Source: Eledone cirrhosa
Taxonomy: Eukaryota
Length of the DNA stretch: 64,000 bases
Direction of reading: 5' to 3'
NCBI GenBank assembly: GCA_964016885.1
Contig: OZ024741.1
Span: forward strand, 51,646,001-51,710,000
In this document: one piece after another, positions 39,901 through 57,900 of the stretch
How positions within the stretch are numbered: position 1 is the stretch's first letter
Layout: every line of letters starts with the position of its first letter
The notes under the pieces: generated by a model
Told to the model about the DNA's origin: nothing
Databases searched by the model: none
Seen by the model: the letters and a program-made list of their open reading frames with translations, nothing else
Program-made: the position numbers and the translations under genes

Positions 39901-42900
39901 CAGAAAAATTATATTACGAAGTACTGCACACATTTTATATATAATATATCCCAAGGACTTATATACGCAACAGAGAAAACAGTATTATGAAGTACTGCAC
40001 ACATTATATATATAATATATCCCAGGACTTATATACACAACAGAGAAAGAAGTATTATGAAGTACTGCACACATTTTATATATAATATATCCCAGGACTT
40101 ATATACACAACAGAGAAAATAGTATTATTATGTACAACACACATTTTATATATATTATATCCCATGAATTATATACACAACAGAGAAAGTAGTATTATGA
40201 AATATTGCACACAATATATATATAATATATGCTAGGACTTATATAGACAACAGAGAAAATAGTATTATGAATTACTGCACACATTTTATATATAATATAT
40301 CCCAGGTCTTATATACTCTACAGAGAAAATAGTATTATGATGTACGGCACACATTTTATATATAATATACCCCAGGACTTATATAGACAACAGAGAAAAT
40401 AGTATTATGAAGTATTGCACACATTTTATATATAATATATCCCAGCACTTATATACACAACAGAGAAAATAGTATTATTATGTACTGCACACATTTTATA
40501 TATAATATATCCCAGGAATTATATACACAACAGAGAAAATAGTATTATGAAGTACTGGCCACATTTTATATATAATATATCCCAGGTCTTATATACACAA
40601 CAGAGAAAATAATATTATGAAGTACTACACACATTTTATATATAATATATCCCAGGACTTATATACACAACAGCGAAAATAGTATTATGAAGTAATACAA
40701 ACATTTTATATATATAACATATCCCAGGACTTATATACAAAACATAGAAAATAGTATTATGAAGTACTGCACACATTTTATATATAATATATCCCAGCAC
40801 TTATGTACACAACAGAGAAAAGAGTATTATGAAATACTGCACACAATACATATATAATATATCCCAGGACTTATATAGACAACAGCGAAAATAGTATTAT
40901 GAAGTACTGGAAACATTTTATATATAATATATCCAAGGTCTTATATACACAACAGAGAAAAGAGTATTATGAATTAATGTACACATATTATATATAATAT
41001 ATCCCCGGACATATATACACAGCAGAGAAAATAGTATTATGAAGTACTGTACACATATTATATATAATATATCCCAGGACTTATATAGACAACAGAGAAA
41101 ATAGTATTATGAAGTACTGCACACAATATATATATAATATATCCCAGGATCTTTATAGACAACAGAGAAAATAGTATTATGAAGTACTGCACACATTTTA
41201 TATATAATATATCCCAGGTCTTATACACACAACAGATTAAAAAATATTATGAAATACTACACACATTTTATAGATAATATATCCTAGGACTCATATAGAC
41301 AACAGAGAAAATAGTATTATGAAGTACTGCACACATTTTATATATAATATATCCCAGGACTTATATACACAGCAGAGAAAATAGCATTATGAAGTACTGC
41401 ACACATTTTATATATAATATACCCCAGGACTTATATAGACAGAGAAAATAGTATTATGAAGTATTGCACACATTTTATATATAATATATCCCAGCACTTA
41501 TATACACAACAGAGAAAATCGTATTATGAAGTACTGCACACATTTTATATATAATATATCCCAGGAATTATATACACAACAGAGAAAATAGTATTATGAA
41601 TTATTGCACACGATATATATATAATATATCCCAGGATTTATATACACAACAGCGAAAATAGTATTATGAAGTACTACAAACATTTTATATATATAACATA
41701 TCCCAGGACTTATATACACAACAGCGAAAATAGTATTATGAAGTACTGCACACATTTAATATATAATATATCACAGGACTTATGTACACAACAGAAAAAA
41801 TAGTAGTATGATGTACTTCACACGTTCTATATATAATATATCTAGGGACTTATATATAAAACAGAGAAAATAGTATTATGAAGTACTGCACACAATATAT
41901 ATATAATATATCCCAGGATCTTTATAGACAACAGAGAAAATAGTATTATGAAGTACTGCACACATTTCATATATAATATATCCCAGGTCTTATACACACA
42001 ACAGATTAAAAAACATTATGAAATACTACACACATTTTATAGATAATATATCCTAGGACTCATATAGACCACAGAGAAAATAGTATTATGAAGTATTGTA
42101 CACATTTTATATATAATATATCCCAGGTCTTATACACACAACAGAGTAAAAAATATTATGAAATACTACACACATTTTATACATAATATATCCTAGGACT
42201 TATATAGACAACAGAGAAAATATAATTATTAAGTACTGCACACAATATATATATAATATATCCCAGGACTTATCTACACAACAGAGAAAATAGTATTATG
42301 AAGTACTGTACACATATTATATATAATATATTCCAGGACTTATATAGAGAACAGAGAAAATAGTATTATGAAGTACTGCACACATTCTATATATAATATA
42401 TCCCGGGACTTATATGCACAACAGAGAAAATAGTATTATGGAGTACTGCACACATTTTATATATAATATATCCCAGCACTTATATACACAACAGAGAAAA
42501 TGGTATTATTATGAACTGCACACATTTTATATATAATATATCCCAGGAATTATATACACAACAGAGAAAATAGTATTATGAATTATTGCACACAATATAT
42601 ATATAATATATCCTAGGACTTATATACACAACAGAGAAAATAGTATTATGAAGTACTGCCCACATTTTATATATAATATATTCCAGATCTTATGTACACA
42701 ACAGAGAAAATAGTATTATGAATTATTGCACACAATATATATATAATATATCCCAGGACTTATATATACAACAGAGAAAATAGTATTATGAAGTACTGCC
42801 CACATTTGATATATAATATATTCCAGATCTTATGTACAAAACAGAGAAAATAGTATTGTGAAGTAGTGTACACATATTATATATAATATATCCCAGGACT

Positions 42901-45900
42901 TATATAAACAACAGAGAAAATAGTATTATGAAGTACTGCACATATTTTATATATAATATATCCCAGGGCTTATATATACAACAGAGAAAATAGTATTATG
43001 AAGTACTGCAGACATTTTATATATAATATATCCCAGGACTTATATAAACAACAGAGAAAATAGTATTATGAAGTATTGTACACATATTATATATAATATA
43101 TCCCAGGACTTATATAGACAACAGAGAAAACAGTATTATGAAGTACTGCACATATTTTATATATAATATATCCCAGGGCTTATATACACAACAGAGAAAA
43201 TAGTATTATGAAGTACTGCAGACATTTTATATATAATATATCCCAGGACTTATATACACAACAGAGAAAATAGTATTATGAAGTACTGCACACATTTTAT
43301 ATATAATATATCCCAGGACTTATATACAAAACAGAGAAAATAGTATTGTGAAGTAGTGTACACATATAATATATAATATAACACAGGACTTATGTACACA
43401 ACAGAGAAAATAGTATTATGATGTACTGCCCTCATTTTATATATAATATATCCCACGTCTTATATACACAACAGAGAAAATAATATGAAGTACTACACAC
43501 ATTTTATATGTAATATATTCCAGGACTTATATACACAACAGCGAAAATAGTATTATGAAGTACTACAAACATTTTACATATATAACATATCCCAGGTCTT
43601 ATATACAAAACAGAGAAAATAGTATAATGAAGTACTGCACACATTTTATATAAAATATATCCCAGGACTTATGTACACAACAGAGAAAATAGTATTATGC
43701 AATACTGCACACATTTTATATATAATATATCCCAGGACCTATATACAAAAAAGAGAAAATAGTATTATGAAGTACTATACACATATTGTATATAATATTT
43801 CCCAGGACTTATATATACAACAGAGAAAATAGTATTATGAAGTATTGCACACAATATATATATAATATATCCCATGACTTATATATACAACAGAGAAAAT
43901 AGTATTATGAAGTACTGCACACATTTTATATATAATATATCCTAGGTCTTGTATACACAACAGAGAAAATAATATTATTATGTACTACTCACATTTTGTA
44001 TATAATATATCCCAGGAATTATATACACAACAGAGAAAATAGTCTTATGAAGTATTGCACACAATGTATATATAATATATCCCAGGACTTATATATACAA
44101 CAGAGAGAATAGTATTATGAAGTACTGCCCACATTTTATATATAATATATCCCAGGTCTTGTTAAAAAAAACAGAGAAAATAATATTATGAAATACTACA
44201 CACATTTTATATATAATATATCCCAGGACTTATATACACAACAGCGAAAATAGAATTATGAAGTACTACAAACATTTTATATATATAACATATACCAGGA
44301 CTTATATACAAAACAGAGAAAATAGTATTATGAAGTACTGCACACATTTTATATATAATATATCCTAGGTCTTATATACACAACAGAGAAAATAATATTA
44401 TTATGTACTACTCACATTTTGTATATAATATATCCCTGGAATTATGTAAACAACAGAGAAAATAGTATTATGAAATACTGCACACATTTTATATATAATA
44501 TATCCCAGGACTTATATACACAACAGAGAAAATAGTATTATTATGTACTGCACACATTTATATATAATATATCCCAGGAATTATATACACAACAGAGAAA
44601 ATAGTCTTATGAAGTATTGCACACAATGTATATATAATATATCCCAGGACTTATATATACAACAGAGAGAATAGTATTATGAAGTACTGCCCACATTTTA
44701 TATATAATATATCCCAGGTCTTGTTAAAAAAAACAGAGAAAGTAATATTATGAAATACTACACACATTTTATATATATAACATATACCAGGACTTATATA
44801 CAAAACAGAGAAAATAGTATTATGAAGTACTGCACACATTTTATATATAATATATCCCAGGACTTATATACACAACAGAGAAAATATTATTATGATGTAC
44901 TTCACACGTTCTATATATAATATATCTAGGGACTTATATACAAAACAGAGAAAATAGTATTATGAAGTACTGCATACAATATATATATAATATATCCCAG
45001 GACATATATAGACAACAGAGAAAATAGTATTATGAAGTACTGCACACAATATATATATAATATATCCCAGGAGTTATATACAACACAGAGAAAATAGTAT
45101 TGTGAAGTAGTGTACACATATTATATATAATATATCCCAGGATCTTTATAGACAACAGAGAAAATAGTATTATGAAGTACTGCACACATTTTATATATAA
45201 TATATCCCAGGTCTTATAAACACAACAGAGTAAAAAATATTATGAAATACTACACACATTTTATAGATAATATATCCTAGGACTTATATAGACAACAGAG
45301 AAAATAGTATTATGAAGTACAGCACACATTTTATATATAATATACCCCAGGACTTATATAGACAACAGAGAAAATAGTATTATGAAGTACTGTCCACAAT
45401 TTTTATATAATATATCCCAGGTCTTATATACACAACAGAGAAAATAATATTATGAAGTACTACAAACATTTTATATATATAACATATCCCAGGACTTATA
45501 TACAAAACAGAGAAAATAGTATTACGATGTACTGCACACATTTTATATATAATATATCACAGGACTTATGTACACAACAGAGAAAATAGTATTATGAAAT
45601 ACTGCACACATTTTATTTATAATATATCCCAGGAGTTATATACACAACAGAGAAAATAGTATTATGAAGTATTGCATACAATATATATATAATATATCCC
45701 AGGACTTATATATACAACAGAGAAAATAGTATTATGAAGTACTGCCCACATTTTATATATAATATATCCCAGGTCTTATATACACAACAGAGAAAATAAT
45801 ATTATGAAATACTACACACATTTTATATATAATATATCCCAGGACTTATATACACAACAGAGAAAATAGTATTATGAAGTACTGCACACATTTTATATAT

Positions 45901-48900
45901 AATATATCCCTGGTCTTATATACACAACAGAGAAAATAATATTATGAAGTATTACACACATTTTATATATAATATATCCCACGACTTATACACAAAACAG
46001 AGAAAAGAGTATTATGAAGTACTCTACAAGTATTATATATAATATATCCCAGGACTTATATAAACAACAGAGAAAATAGTATTATGAAGTACTGCACACA
46101 TTTTATATATAATATATACCAGGACTTATATACACAACAGAGAAAATAGTATTATGAAGTACTGCACACATTTTATATATAATATATACCAGGACTTATA
46201 TACACAATAGAGAAAATATTATTATGAAGTACTGCACATATTTAATATATAATATATACCAGGACTTATATACACAACAGAGAAAATAGTATTATGAAGT
46301 ACTGCACACATTTTATATATAATATATCCCTGGTCTTATATACACAACAGAGAAAATAATATTATGAAGTATTACACACATTTTATATATAATATATCCC
46401 ACGACTTATATACACAACAGCGAAAAAAGTATTTTGAAGTACTGCAAACATTTTATATATAATATATCCCAGGACTTATATACACAACAGAGAAAATAGT
46501 ATTATGAAGTACTGCACACATTTTATATATAATATATACCAGGACTTATATACACAACAGAGAAAATAGTATTATGAAGTACTGCACACATATTATATAT
46601 AATATATCCCAGAACTTATATACACAACAGAGAAAATAGTATTATGAAGTACTCTACACATATTATATACAATATATCCCAGGACTTATATAAACAACAG
46701 AGAAAAGCGTATTATGAAGTACTGTACACATTATATATAATATATCCCAGGATTTATATACACAACAGAGAATATAATATTATGACGTACTGCACACATT
46801 TTATATATAATATATCCCTGGTCTTATATACACAACAGAGAAAATAATATTATGAAGTATTACACATATTTTATATATAATATATCCCACGACTTATATA
46901 CACAACAGCGAAAAAAGTATTATGAAGTACTGCAAACATTTTATATATAATATATCCCAGGACTTTTATACACAACAGAGAAAATAGTATTATGAAGTAC
47001 TGCACACATATTATATATAATATATCCCAGAACTTATATACACAACAGAAAAATAGTATTATGAAGTACTCTACACATAATATATACAATATATCCCAGG
47101 ACTTATATAAACAACAGAGAAAAGCGTATTATGAAGTACTGTACACATTATATATAATATATCCCAGGACTTATATACACAACAGAGAATATAATATTAT
47201 GACGTACTGCAGACATTTTATATATAATATATCCCATTACTTATATACCAACAGAGAAAATAGTATTATGAAGTACTGCACATATTTTATAAATAATATA
47301 TCGCAGGACTTATATACACAACAGAGAAAATAATATTATGAAGTACTGCACACATTTTATATATAATATATCCCAGGACTTATATACACAATACAGAAAA
47401 TAGTATTCTGAAGTAATGCACACATTTTATATATAATATATACAGGTCTTATATACACAGCAGAGAAAATAGTATTATGAAGTTCTGAAAACATTTTATA
47501 AGTAATATATCCAAGGATTTATATACAAAATAGAGAAAATAGTATTATGAAGTACTGTACATATATTATATATAATATATCCCCGGACATATATACACAG
47601 CAGAAAAAATAGTATTATGAAGTATTGTACACATATTATATATAATATATCCCAGGACTTATATAGACAACAGAGTAAATAATATTATGAAGTACTACAC
47701 CCATTTTATATATAATATCTCCCAGGTCTTATATAGACAACAGAGAAAACAATATTATGACTTACTACACACATTTTATATATAATATATCCCAGGTCCT
47801 ATATAGACAACAGAGAAAACAATATTATGACGTACTACACACATTTTATATATAATATATCCTAGGACTTATATAGACAACAGAGAAAATAGTATTATGA
47901 AGTACTGCACACATTTTATATATAATAAATCCTAGGTCTTATATACACAACAGAGAAAATAGTATTATGAAGGACTGTACACATATAATATATAACATAT
48001 CCCAGGACTTATATACACAACAGAGAAAATAATATCATGAAGAACTACACACATATATATATATAATATGCTAGGACTTATATAGACAACAGAGAAAATA
48101 GTATTATGGAGTACTGCACACATTTTATATATAATACATCCAAGGACGTATATACACAACAAAGAAATAGTATTATGAAGTAGTGCACACATTTTATATA
48201 TAATATATCGCAGGACAGAGAAAATAATATTGTGAAGTACTGCACACATTTCAGATATAATATATCCCAGGTCTTATATACACAACAGAGAAAATAATAT
48301 TATGAAGGACTACACACATTTCATATATAATATATCCCAGGACTTATATAAACAACAGAGAAAATAATATTATGAAGTACTGCACACATATTATATATAA
48401 TATATCCCAGGACTTATATACACAACAGAGAAAATGGTATTATGATGTACTGCACACATTTTATATATAATATATCCCAGGTCTTATATACACAACCAAG
48501 AAAATAGTATTATGAAGTATTGCTCACATTTTATATATAATATATCGCAGGACTTATATAGACAACAGAGAAAATAATATTGTGAAGTACTGCACATTTT
48601 ATATATAATATATGCCAGGTCTTATATACACAACAGAGAAAATAATAGTATGACGTACTACACACATTCTATATATAATATATCCCAAGACTTATATACA
48701 CAACACAGAAAATAGTATTATGAAGTACTCTACACATATTATATACAATATATCCCAGGACTTATATAAACAACAGAGAAAAGCATATTATGAAGTACTG
48801 TACACATTATATATTATCTATCCCAGGACTTATATACACAACAGAGAATATAATATTATGACGTACTGCACACATTTTATATATAATATATCCCACGACT

Positions 48901-51900
48901 TATATACACAACAGAGAAAATATTATTATGAAGTACTACACACATTCTATATATAATATATCTGAGGACTTATATACAGAACAGAGAAAATAGTATTATG
49001 ATGTACTACACACATATTATATATAATATATCCTAGGACTTATATAGACAACAGAGAAAATAGTATTATGAAGTACTGTACACATTTTATATATAATATA
49101 TGCCAGGACTTATATACAAAAAAGAGAAAATAGTATTACGAAGTACTCTACACATATTATATATAATATATCCCAGAATTTATATACAAAACAGAGAAAA
49201 TAGTATTATGAAGTGCTTTACACATATTATATATAATATATCCCAGGACATATATATACAACAGAGAAAATAGTATTATGAAGTACTGCACACATTTTAT
49301 ATATAATATATCTCAGGAGTTATATACACAACAGAGGAAATAATATTATGATGTACTACACACATTTTATATATAATATAACCCATTACTTATATACCAA
49401 CAGAGAAAATAGTATTATGAAGTACTATACACATTATATATATAATATATCCCAGGTCTTATATACAAAACAGAGAAAATAATATTAGGATGTACTACAC
49501 ACATTTTATACATAATATATACTAGGACTTATATAGACAATGGAGAAAATAGTATTATGAAGTACTGCACACATTTTATATATAATATATCCCGGGACTT
49601 ATATACACAACAGAGAAAATAGTATTATGCAGTACTGCACACATTTTATATATAATATATGCCAGGTCTTACGTACACAACAGAGAAAATAATATTATGA
49701 AGTACTACACTCATTTTATATATAATATATACCAGGATTTATATGTCTACAGAGAAAATAGTATTATAAAGTACTGCACACAATATATAATATATAATAT
49801 ATATCAAGACTTATATAGACGACAGAGAAAATAGTATTATGGAGTACTGCACACATTTTATATATATAACATCCTAGGACTTATATACACAACAGAGAAA
49901 ATAGTATTCTGAAGTACTGCACACATTTTATATATAATATATGCCAGGTCTTATGTACACAACAGAGAAAATAATATTATGAAGTACTACACACATTTTA
50001 TATATAATATATCCCAGGACTTATATACCAACAGAGAAAATAGTATTATGAAGAACTGCACACATTTTATATATAATATATCCCAGGAATTATATACACA
50101 ACAGAGAAAACGGTATTATGAAGTACTGCACACATTATATCTATAATATATCCCAGGACTTATATACACAACAGAGAAAATAGTATTATGAAGTGCTGCA
50201 CACAATATATATATAATATATCCCAAGACTTATATAGACAACAGAGAAAATAGTATTATGAAGTACTGCACACATTTTATATATATTATATCCCAGGACT
50301 TATATATACAACAGAGAAAATAATATTATGAAGTACTACACACATGTTATATATAATATATCCCAGGTCTTATATACACAACAGAGAAAACAATATTATG
50401 ACGTACTACACACATTTTATATATAATATATCCTAGGACTTATATAGACAACAGAGAAAATAGTATTATGAAGTACTGCACATATTTTATATATAATATA
50501 TCCTAGATCTTATATACACAACAGAGAAAATAGTATTATGCAGTACTGCACACGTTATATATATAATATTTCGCAGGACTTATATACTAACAGAGAAAAT
50601 AGTATTATGACGTACTGCACACGTTCTATATATAATATATCCCAAGACTTATATACACAACACAGAAAATAGTATTCTGAAGTACTGCACACATTTTATA
50701 TATAATATATCCGAGGTCTTATATACACAACAGAGAAAATAGTATTATGAAAGTACTGCACACATTTTATATATAATATATGCCAGGACTTTTATACAAA
50801 ACAGAGAAAATAGTATTACGAAGTACTGCACGCATTTTATATATAATATATCCCAGGACCTATATACACAACAGAGAAAATAGTATTATGAAGTACTGCA
50901 CACATTTTATATATAATATATCCCAGGACTTATATACACAACAGAGAAAATAGTATCATGAAGTACTGCCCACATTTTATATATAATATATCCCAGGACT
51001 TATATACACTGCAGGGAAAATAGTATTATGAGATATTACACACATTTTATATATAATATATCCCAGGACTTATATAGACAACAGAGAAAATAGTATTATG
51101 AAGTACTGCACACATTTTACATATAATATATCCCAGGTCTTATATACACAACAGAGAAAATAATATTATGGTGTACTACACACATTTTATATATAATATA
51201 TCCCAGGACTTATATACCAACAGAGAAAATAGTATTATGAAGTACTGCACACATTTTATATATAATATATCCCCGGACTTATATAGACAACAGAGAAAAT
51301 AGTATTATGAAGTACTGCACACATTTTATATATAATATATCCCAGGACTTATATACACTGCAGAGAAAATAGTATAATGAGATATTACACACATTTTATA
51401 TATAATATATCCCAGGACTTATATAGACAACAGAGAAAATAGTATTATGAAGTACTGCACACATTTTATATATAATATATCCCGGGACTTATATACACAA
51501 CAGAGAAAATAATATTATGGTGTACTACACACATTTTATATATAATATATCCCAGGACTTATATACCAACAGAGAAAATAGTATTATGAAGTAATGCACA
51601 CATTTTATATATAATATATCCCGGGACTTATATACACAACAGAGAAAATAATATTATGAAGTACTGCACACATTTTATATATAATATATCCCAGGACTTA
51701 TATACACAACAGAGAAAATAGTATTATGAAGTACTGCACACATTTTATATATAATATATCCCAGGACTTATATACACAACAGAGACAATAGTATTATGAA
51801 GTACTGCATACATTTTATATATAATATATCCCAGGACTTATATACATAACAGAAAATAATATTATGAAGTACTGCACACATTTTATATATAATATATCCC

Positions 51901-54900
51901 AGGACTTATATACACAACAGAGAAAATAATATTATGAAGTACTGCAGACATTTTATATATAATACATCCCAGGACTTATATAGACACCAGAGAAAATAGT
52001 ATTATGAAGTACTGCACACATTTTATATATAATATATCCCAGGACCTATATACACAACAGAGAAAATTGTATTATGAAGTACTGCACACATTTTATATAT
52101 AATATATCCCAGGACTTATATACACAACAGAGAAAATAGTATCATGAAGTACTGCCCACATTTTATATATAATATATTCCAGGACTTATATACACTGCAG
52201 AGAAAATAGTATTATGAGATATTACACACATTTTATATATAATATATCCCAGGACCTATATAGACAACAGAGAAAATAGTATTATGGAGTACCGCACACA
52301 TTTTATATATAATATATCCCAGGTCTTAAATACACAACAGAGAAAATAGTATTATGAAGTACTGCACACATTTTATATATAATATATCCCAGGTCTTATA
52401 TACACAACAGAGAAAATAGTATTATGAAGTACTTCACACGTTTTATATATAATATATCCCAGGTCTTATATACACAACAGAGAAAATAGTATTATGAAGT
52501 ACTGCACACAATATATATATAATATATCCCAGGACTTATATAGACAACAGAGAAAATAGTATTATGGAGTTCCGTACACATTTTATATATAATATATCCC
52601 AGGTCTTATATACACAACAGAGAAAATAATATTATGAAGTACTGCACATATTTTATATATAATATATCCCTGGTCTTATATACACAACAGAGAAAATAGT
52701 ATTATGAGGTACTGCACACATTTTATATATAATATATCCCAGGACTTATATACACAACAGAGTAAATAGTATTATGAAGTACTGCACACATTTTATATAT
52801 AATATATCCCAGGACTTATATACATAACAGAAAATAATATTATGAAGTACTGCACACATTTTATATATAATATATCCCAGGTCTTATATACACAACAGAG
52901 AAAATAGTATTATGAAGTACTGCACACATTTTATATATAACATATCCCAGGACTTACATACACAACAGAGAAAATAGTATTATGATGTATTGCACACAAT
53001 ATATATATAATATATCCCAGGACCGATATAGACAACAGAGAAAATAATATTATGAAGTACTGCACACAATACATATATAATATATCCCAGGACTCATATA
53101 CACAACAGAGAAAATAGTATCATGAAGTACTACACACATTTTATATATAATATATCCCAGGACTTATATAGACAACATAGAAAATAATATTATGAAGTAC
53201 TGCATGCATTTTATATATAATATATCCCAGGTCTTATATACACAACAGAGAAAATAGTATTATGAAGTACTGCACACATTATATCTATAATATATCCCAG
53301 GACTTATATACCAACATAAAAATAGTATTATGAAGTACTACACACATTTTATATATAATATATCCCAGGACATATATACACAACAGAGAAAATAGTATTA
53401 TGAAGTACTGCACACAATATATATATAATATATCCCAGGACATATATACACAACAGAGAAAATAGTGTTATGAAGTACTGCACACATTTTATATTTAATA
53501 TATCCCAGGACTTATATTCAAAACAGTGAAAAAATATTATGAAGTACTGCACACAATATATATATAATATATCCCAGGACTTATATACACAACAGAGAAA
53601 ATAGTATTATGGAATACCGCACACATTTTATATATAATATATCCCAGCTCTTATATACACAACAGAGAAAATAATATCATGAAGTACTGCACACATTTTA
53701 TATATAATATATCCCAGGTGTTATATACACAACAGAGAAAATAATATTATGAAGTACTGCACACATTTTATATATAATATATCCCAGGTCTTACATACAC
53801 AACAGAGAAAATAGTATTATGATGTACTGCACACATTTTATATATAATAAATCCTAGGTCTTATATACACAACAGAGAAAATAGTATTATGAAAGACTGT
53901 ACACATATAATATATAACATATCCCAGGACTTATATACACAACAGAGAAAATAATATTATGACGTACTACACACATTTTATATATAATATATCCTAGGAC
54001 TTATATAGACAACAGAGAAAATAGTATTATGAAGTACTACACACATTCTATATATAATACATCCCAGGACTTATATAGACACCAGAGAAAATAGTACTAT
54101 GAAGTACTGCACACATTTTATATATAATATATCCCAGGACCTATATACACAACAGAGAAAATAGTATTATGAAGTACTGCACACATTTTATATATAATAT
54201 ATCCCAGGACTTATATACACAACAGAGAAAATAGTATCATGAAGTACTGCCCACATTTTATATATAATATATCCCAGGACTTATATACACTGCAGAGAAA
54301 ATAGTATTATGAGATATTACACACATTTTATATATAATATATCCCAGGACTTATATACCAACAGAGAAAATAGTATTATGAAGTACTGCACACATTTTAT
54401 ATATAATATATCCCCGGACTTATATAGACAACAGAGAAAATAGTATTATGAAGTACTGCACACATTTTACATATAATATATCCCAGGTCTTATATACACA
54501 ACAGAGAAAATAATATTATGGTGTACTACACACATTTTATATATAATATATCCCAGGACTTATATACCAACAGAGAAAATAGTATTATGAAGTACTGCAC
54601 ACATTTTATATATAATATATCCCCCGACTTATATAGACAACAGAGAAAATAGTATTATGAAGTACTGCACACATTTTATATATAATATATCCCAGGACTT
54701 ATATACACAACAGAGAAAATAGTATTATGAAGTACTGCACACATTTTATATATAATATATCCCAGGACTTATATACACAACAGAGACAATAGTATTATGA
54801 AGTATTGCACACAATATATATATAATATATCCCAGGACCTATATAGACAACAGAGAAAATAGTATTATGGAGTACCGCACACATTTTATATATAATATAT

Positions 54901-57900
54901 CCCAGGTCTTAAATACACAACAGAGAAAATAGTATTATGAAGTACTGCACACATTTTATATATAATATATCCCAGGTCTTATATACACAACAGAGAAAAT
55001 AGTATTATGAAGTACTTCACACGTTTTATATATAATATATCCCAGGTCTTATATACACAACAGAGAAAATAGTATTATGAAGTACTGCACACAATATATA
55101 TATAATATATCCCAGGACTTATATAGACAACAGAGAAAATAGTATTATGGAGTACCGTACACATTTTATATATAATATATCCCAGGGCTTATATACACAA
55201 CAGAGAAAATAATATTATGAAGTACTGCACATATTTTATATATAATATATCCCTGGTCTTATATACACAACAGAGAAAATAGTATTATGAGGTACTGCAC
55301 ACATTTTATATATAATATATCCCAGGACTTATATACACAACAGAGAAAATAGTATTATGAAGTACTGCACACATTTTATATATAACATATCCCAGGACTT
55401 ACATACACAACAGAGAAAATAGTATTATGATGTATTGCACACAATATATATATAATGTATCCCAGGACCCATATAGACAACAGAGAAAATAATATTATGA
55501 AGTACTGCACACAATAAATATATAATATATCCCAGGACTTATATACACAACAGAGAAAATAGTATCATGAAGTACTGCACACATTTTATATATAATATAA
55601 CCCAGGACTTATATACATAACAGAGAAAATAGTATTATGAAGTACTGCACACATTTTATATATAATATATCCCAGGACTTATATACACTGCAGGGAAAAT
55701 AGTATTATGTGATAATACACACATTTTATATATAATATATCCCGGGACTTATATAGACAACAGAAAAAATAGTATTATGAAGTACTGCACACATTTTATA
55801 TATAATATATCCCAGGTCTTACATACACAACAGAGAAAATAATATTATGAAGTACTGCACACATTTTATATATAATATATCCCAGGTCTTATATACACAA
55901 CAGAGAAAATAGTATTATGAAGTACTGCACACATTTTATATATAACATATCCCAGGACTTACATACACAACAGAGAAAATAGTATTATGATGTATTGCAC
56001 ACAATATATATATAATATATCCCAGGACCGATATAGACAACAGAGAAAATAATATTATGAAGTACTGCACACAATACATATATAATATATCCCAGGACTT
56101 ATATACACAACAGAGAAAATAGTATCATGAAGTACTGCACACATTTTATATATAATATATCCCAGGACTTATATACACAACAGAGAAAATTATATTATGG
56201 TGTACTACACACATTTTATATATAATATATCCCAGGAATTATATAGACAACAGAGAAAATAGTATTATGGAGTACCGCACACATTTTATATATAATATAT
56301 CCCCGGTCTTATATACACAACATAGAAAATAATATTATGAAGTACTGCATGCATTTTATATATAATATATCCCAGGTCTTATATACACAACAGAGAAAAT
56401 AATATTATGAAGTACTGCACACATTATATCTATAATATATCCCAGGACTTATATACCAACATAAAAATAGTATTATGAAGTACTACACACATTTTATATA
56501 TAATATATCCCAGGACATATATACACAACAGAGAAAATAGTATTATGAAGTACTGCACACAATATATATATAATATATCCCAGGACATATATACACAACA
56601 GAGAAAATAGTGTTATGAAGTACTGCACACATTTTATATTTAATATATCCCAGGACTTATATACAAAACAGTGAAAAAATATTATGAAGTACTGCACACA
56701 ATATATATATAATATATCCCAGGACTTATATACACAACAGAGAAAATAGTATTATGGAATACCGCACACATTTTATATATAATATATCCCAGCTCTTATA
56801 TACACAACAGAGAAAATAATATCATGAAGTACTGCACACATTTTATATATAATATATCCCAGGTGTTATATACACAACAGAGAAAATAATATTATGAAGT
56901 ACTGCACACATTTTATATATAATATATCCCATGTCTTACATACACAACAGAGAAAATAGTATTATGAAGTACTACACACATTTTATATATAATACATCCC
57001 AGGACTTGTATAGACACCAGAGAAAATAGTATTATGAAGTACTGCACACATTTCATATATAATATATCCCAGGACCTATATACACAACAGAGAAAATAGT
57101 ATTATGAAGTACTGCACACATTTTATATATAATATATCCCAGGACTTATATACACAACAGAGAAAATAGTATCATGAAGTACTGCCCACATTTTATATAT
57201 AATATATCCCAGGACTTATATACACTGTAGAGAAAATAGTATTATGAGATATTACACACATTTTATATATAATATATCCCAGGACTTATATACCAACAGA
57301 GAAAATAGTATTATGAAGTACTGCACACATTTTATATATAATATATCCCCGGACTTATATAGACAACAGAGAAAATAGTATTATGAAGTACTGCACACAT
57401 TTTACATATAATATATCCCAGGTCTTATATACACAACAGAGAAAATAATATTATGGTGTACTACACACATTTTATATATAATATATCCCAGGACTTATAT
57501 ACCAACAGAGAAAATAGTATTATGAAGTACTGCACACATTTTATATATAATATATCCCCCGACTTATATAGACAACAGAGAAAATAGTATTATGAAGTAC
57601 TGCACACATTTTATATATAATATATCCCAGGACTTATATACACAACAGAGAAAATAGTATTATGAAGTACTGCACACATTTTATATATAATATATCCCAG
57701 GACTTATATACACAACAGAGACAATAGTATTATGAAGTATTGCACACAATATATATATAATATATCCCAGGACCTATATAGACAACAGAGAAAATAGTAT
57801 TATGGAGTACCGCACACATTTTATATATAATATATCCCAGGTCTTAAATACACAACAGAGAAAATAGTATTATGAAGTACTGCACACATTTTATATATAA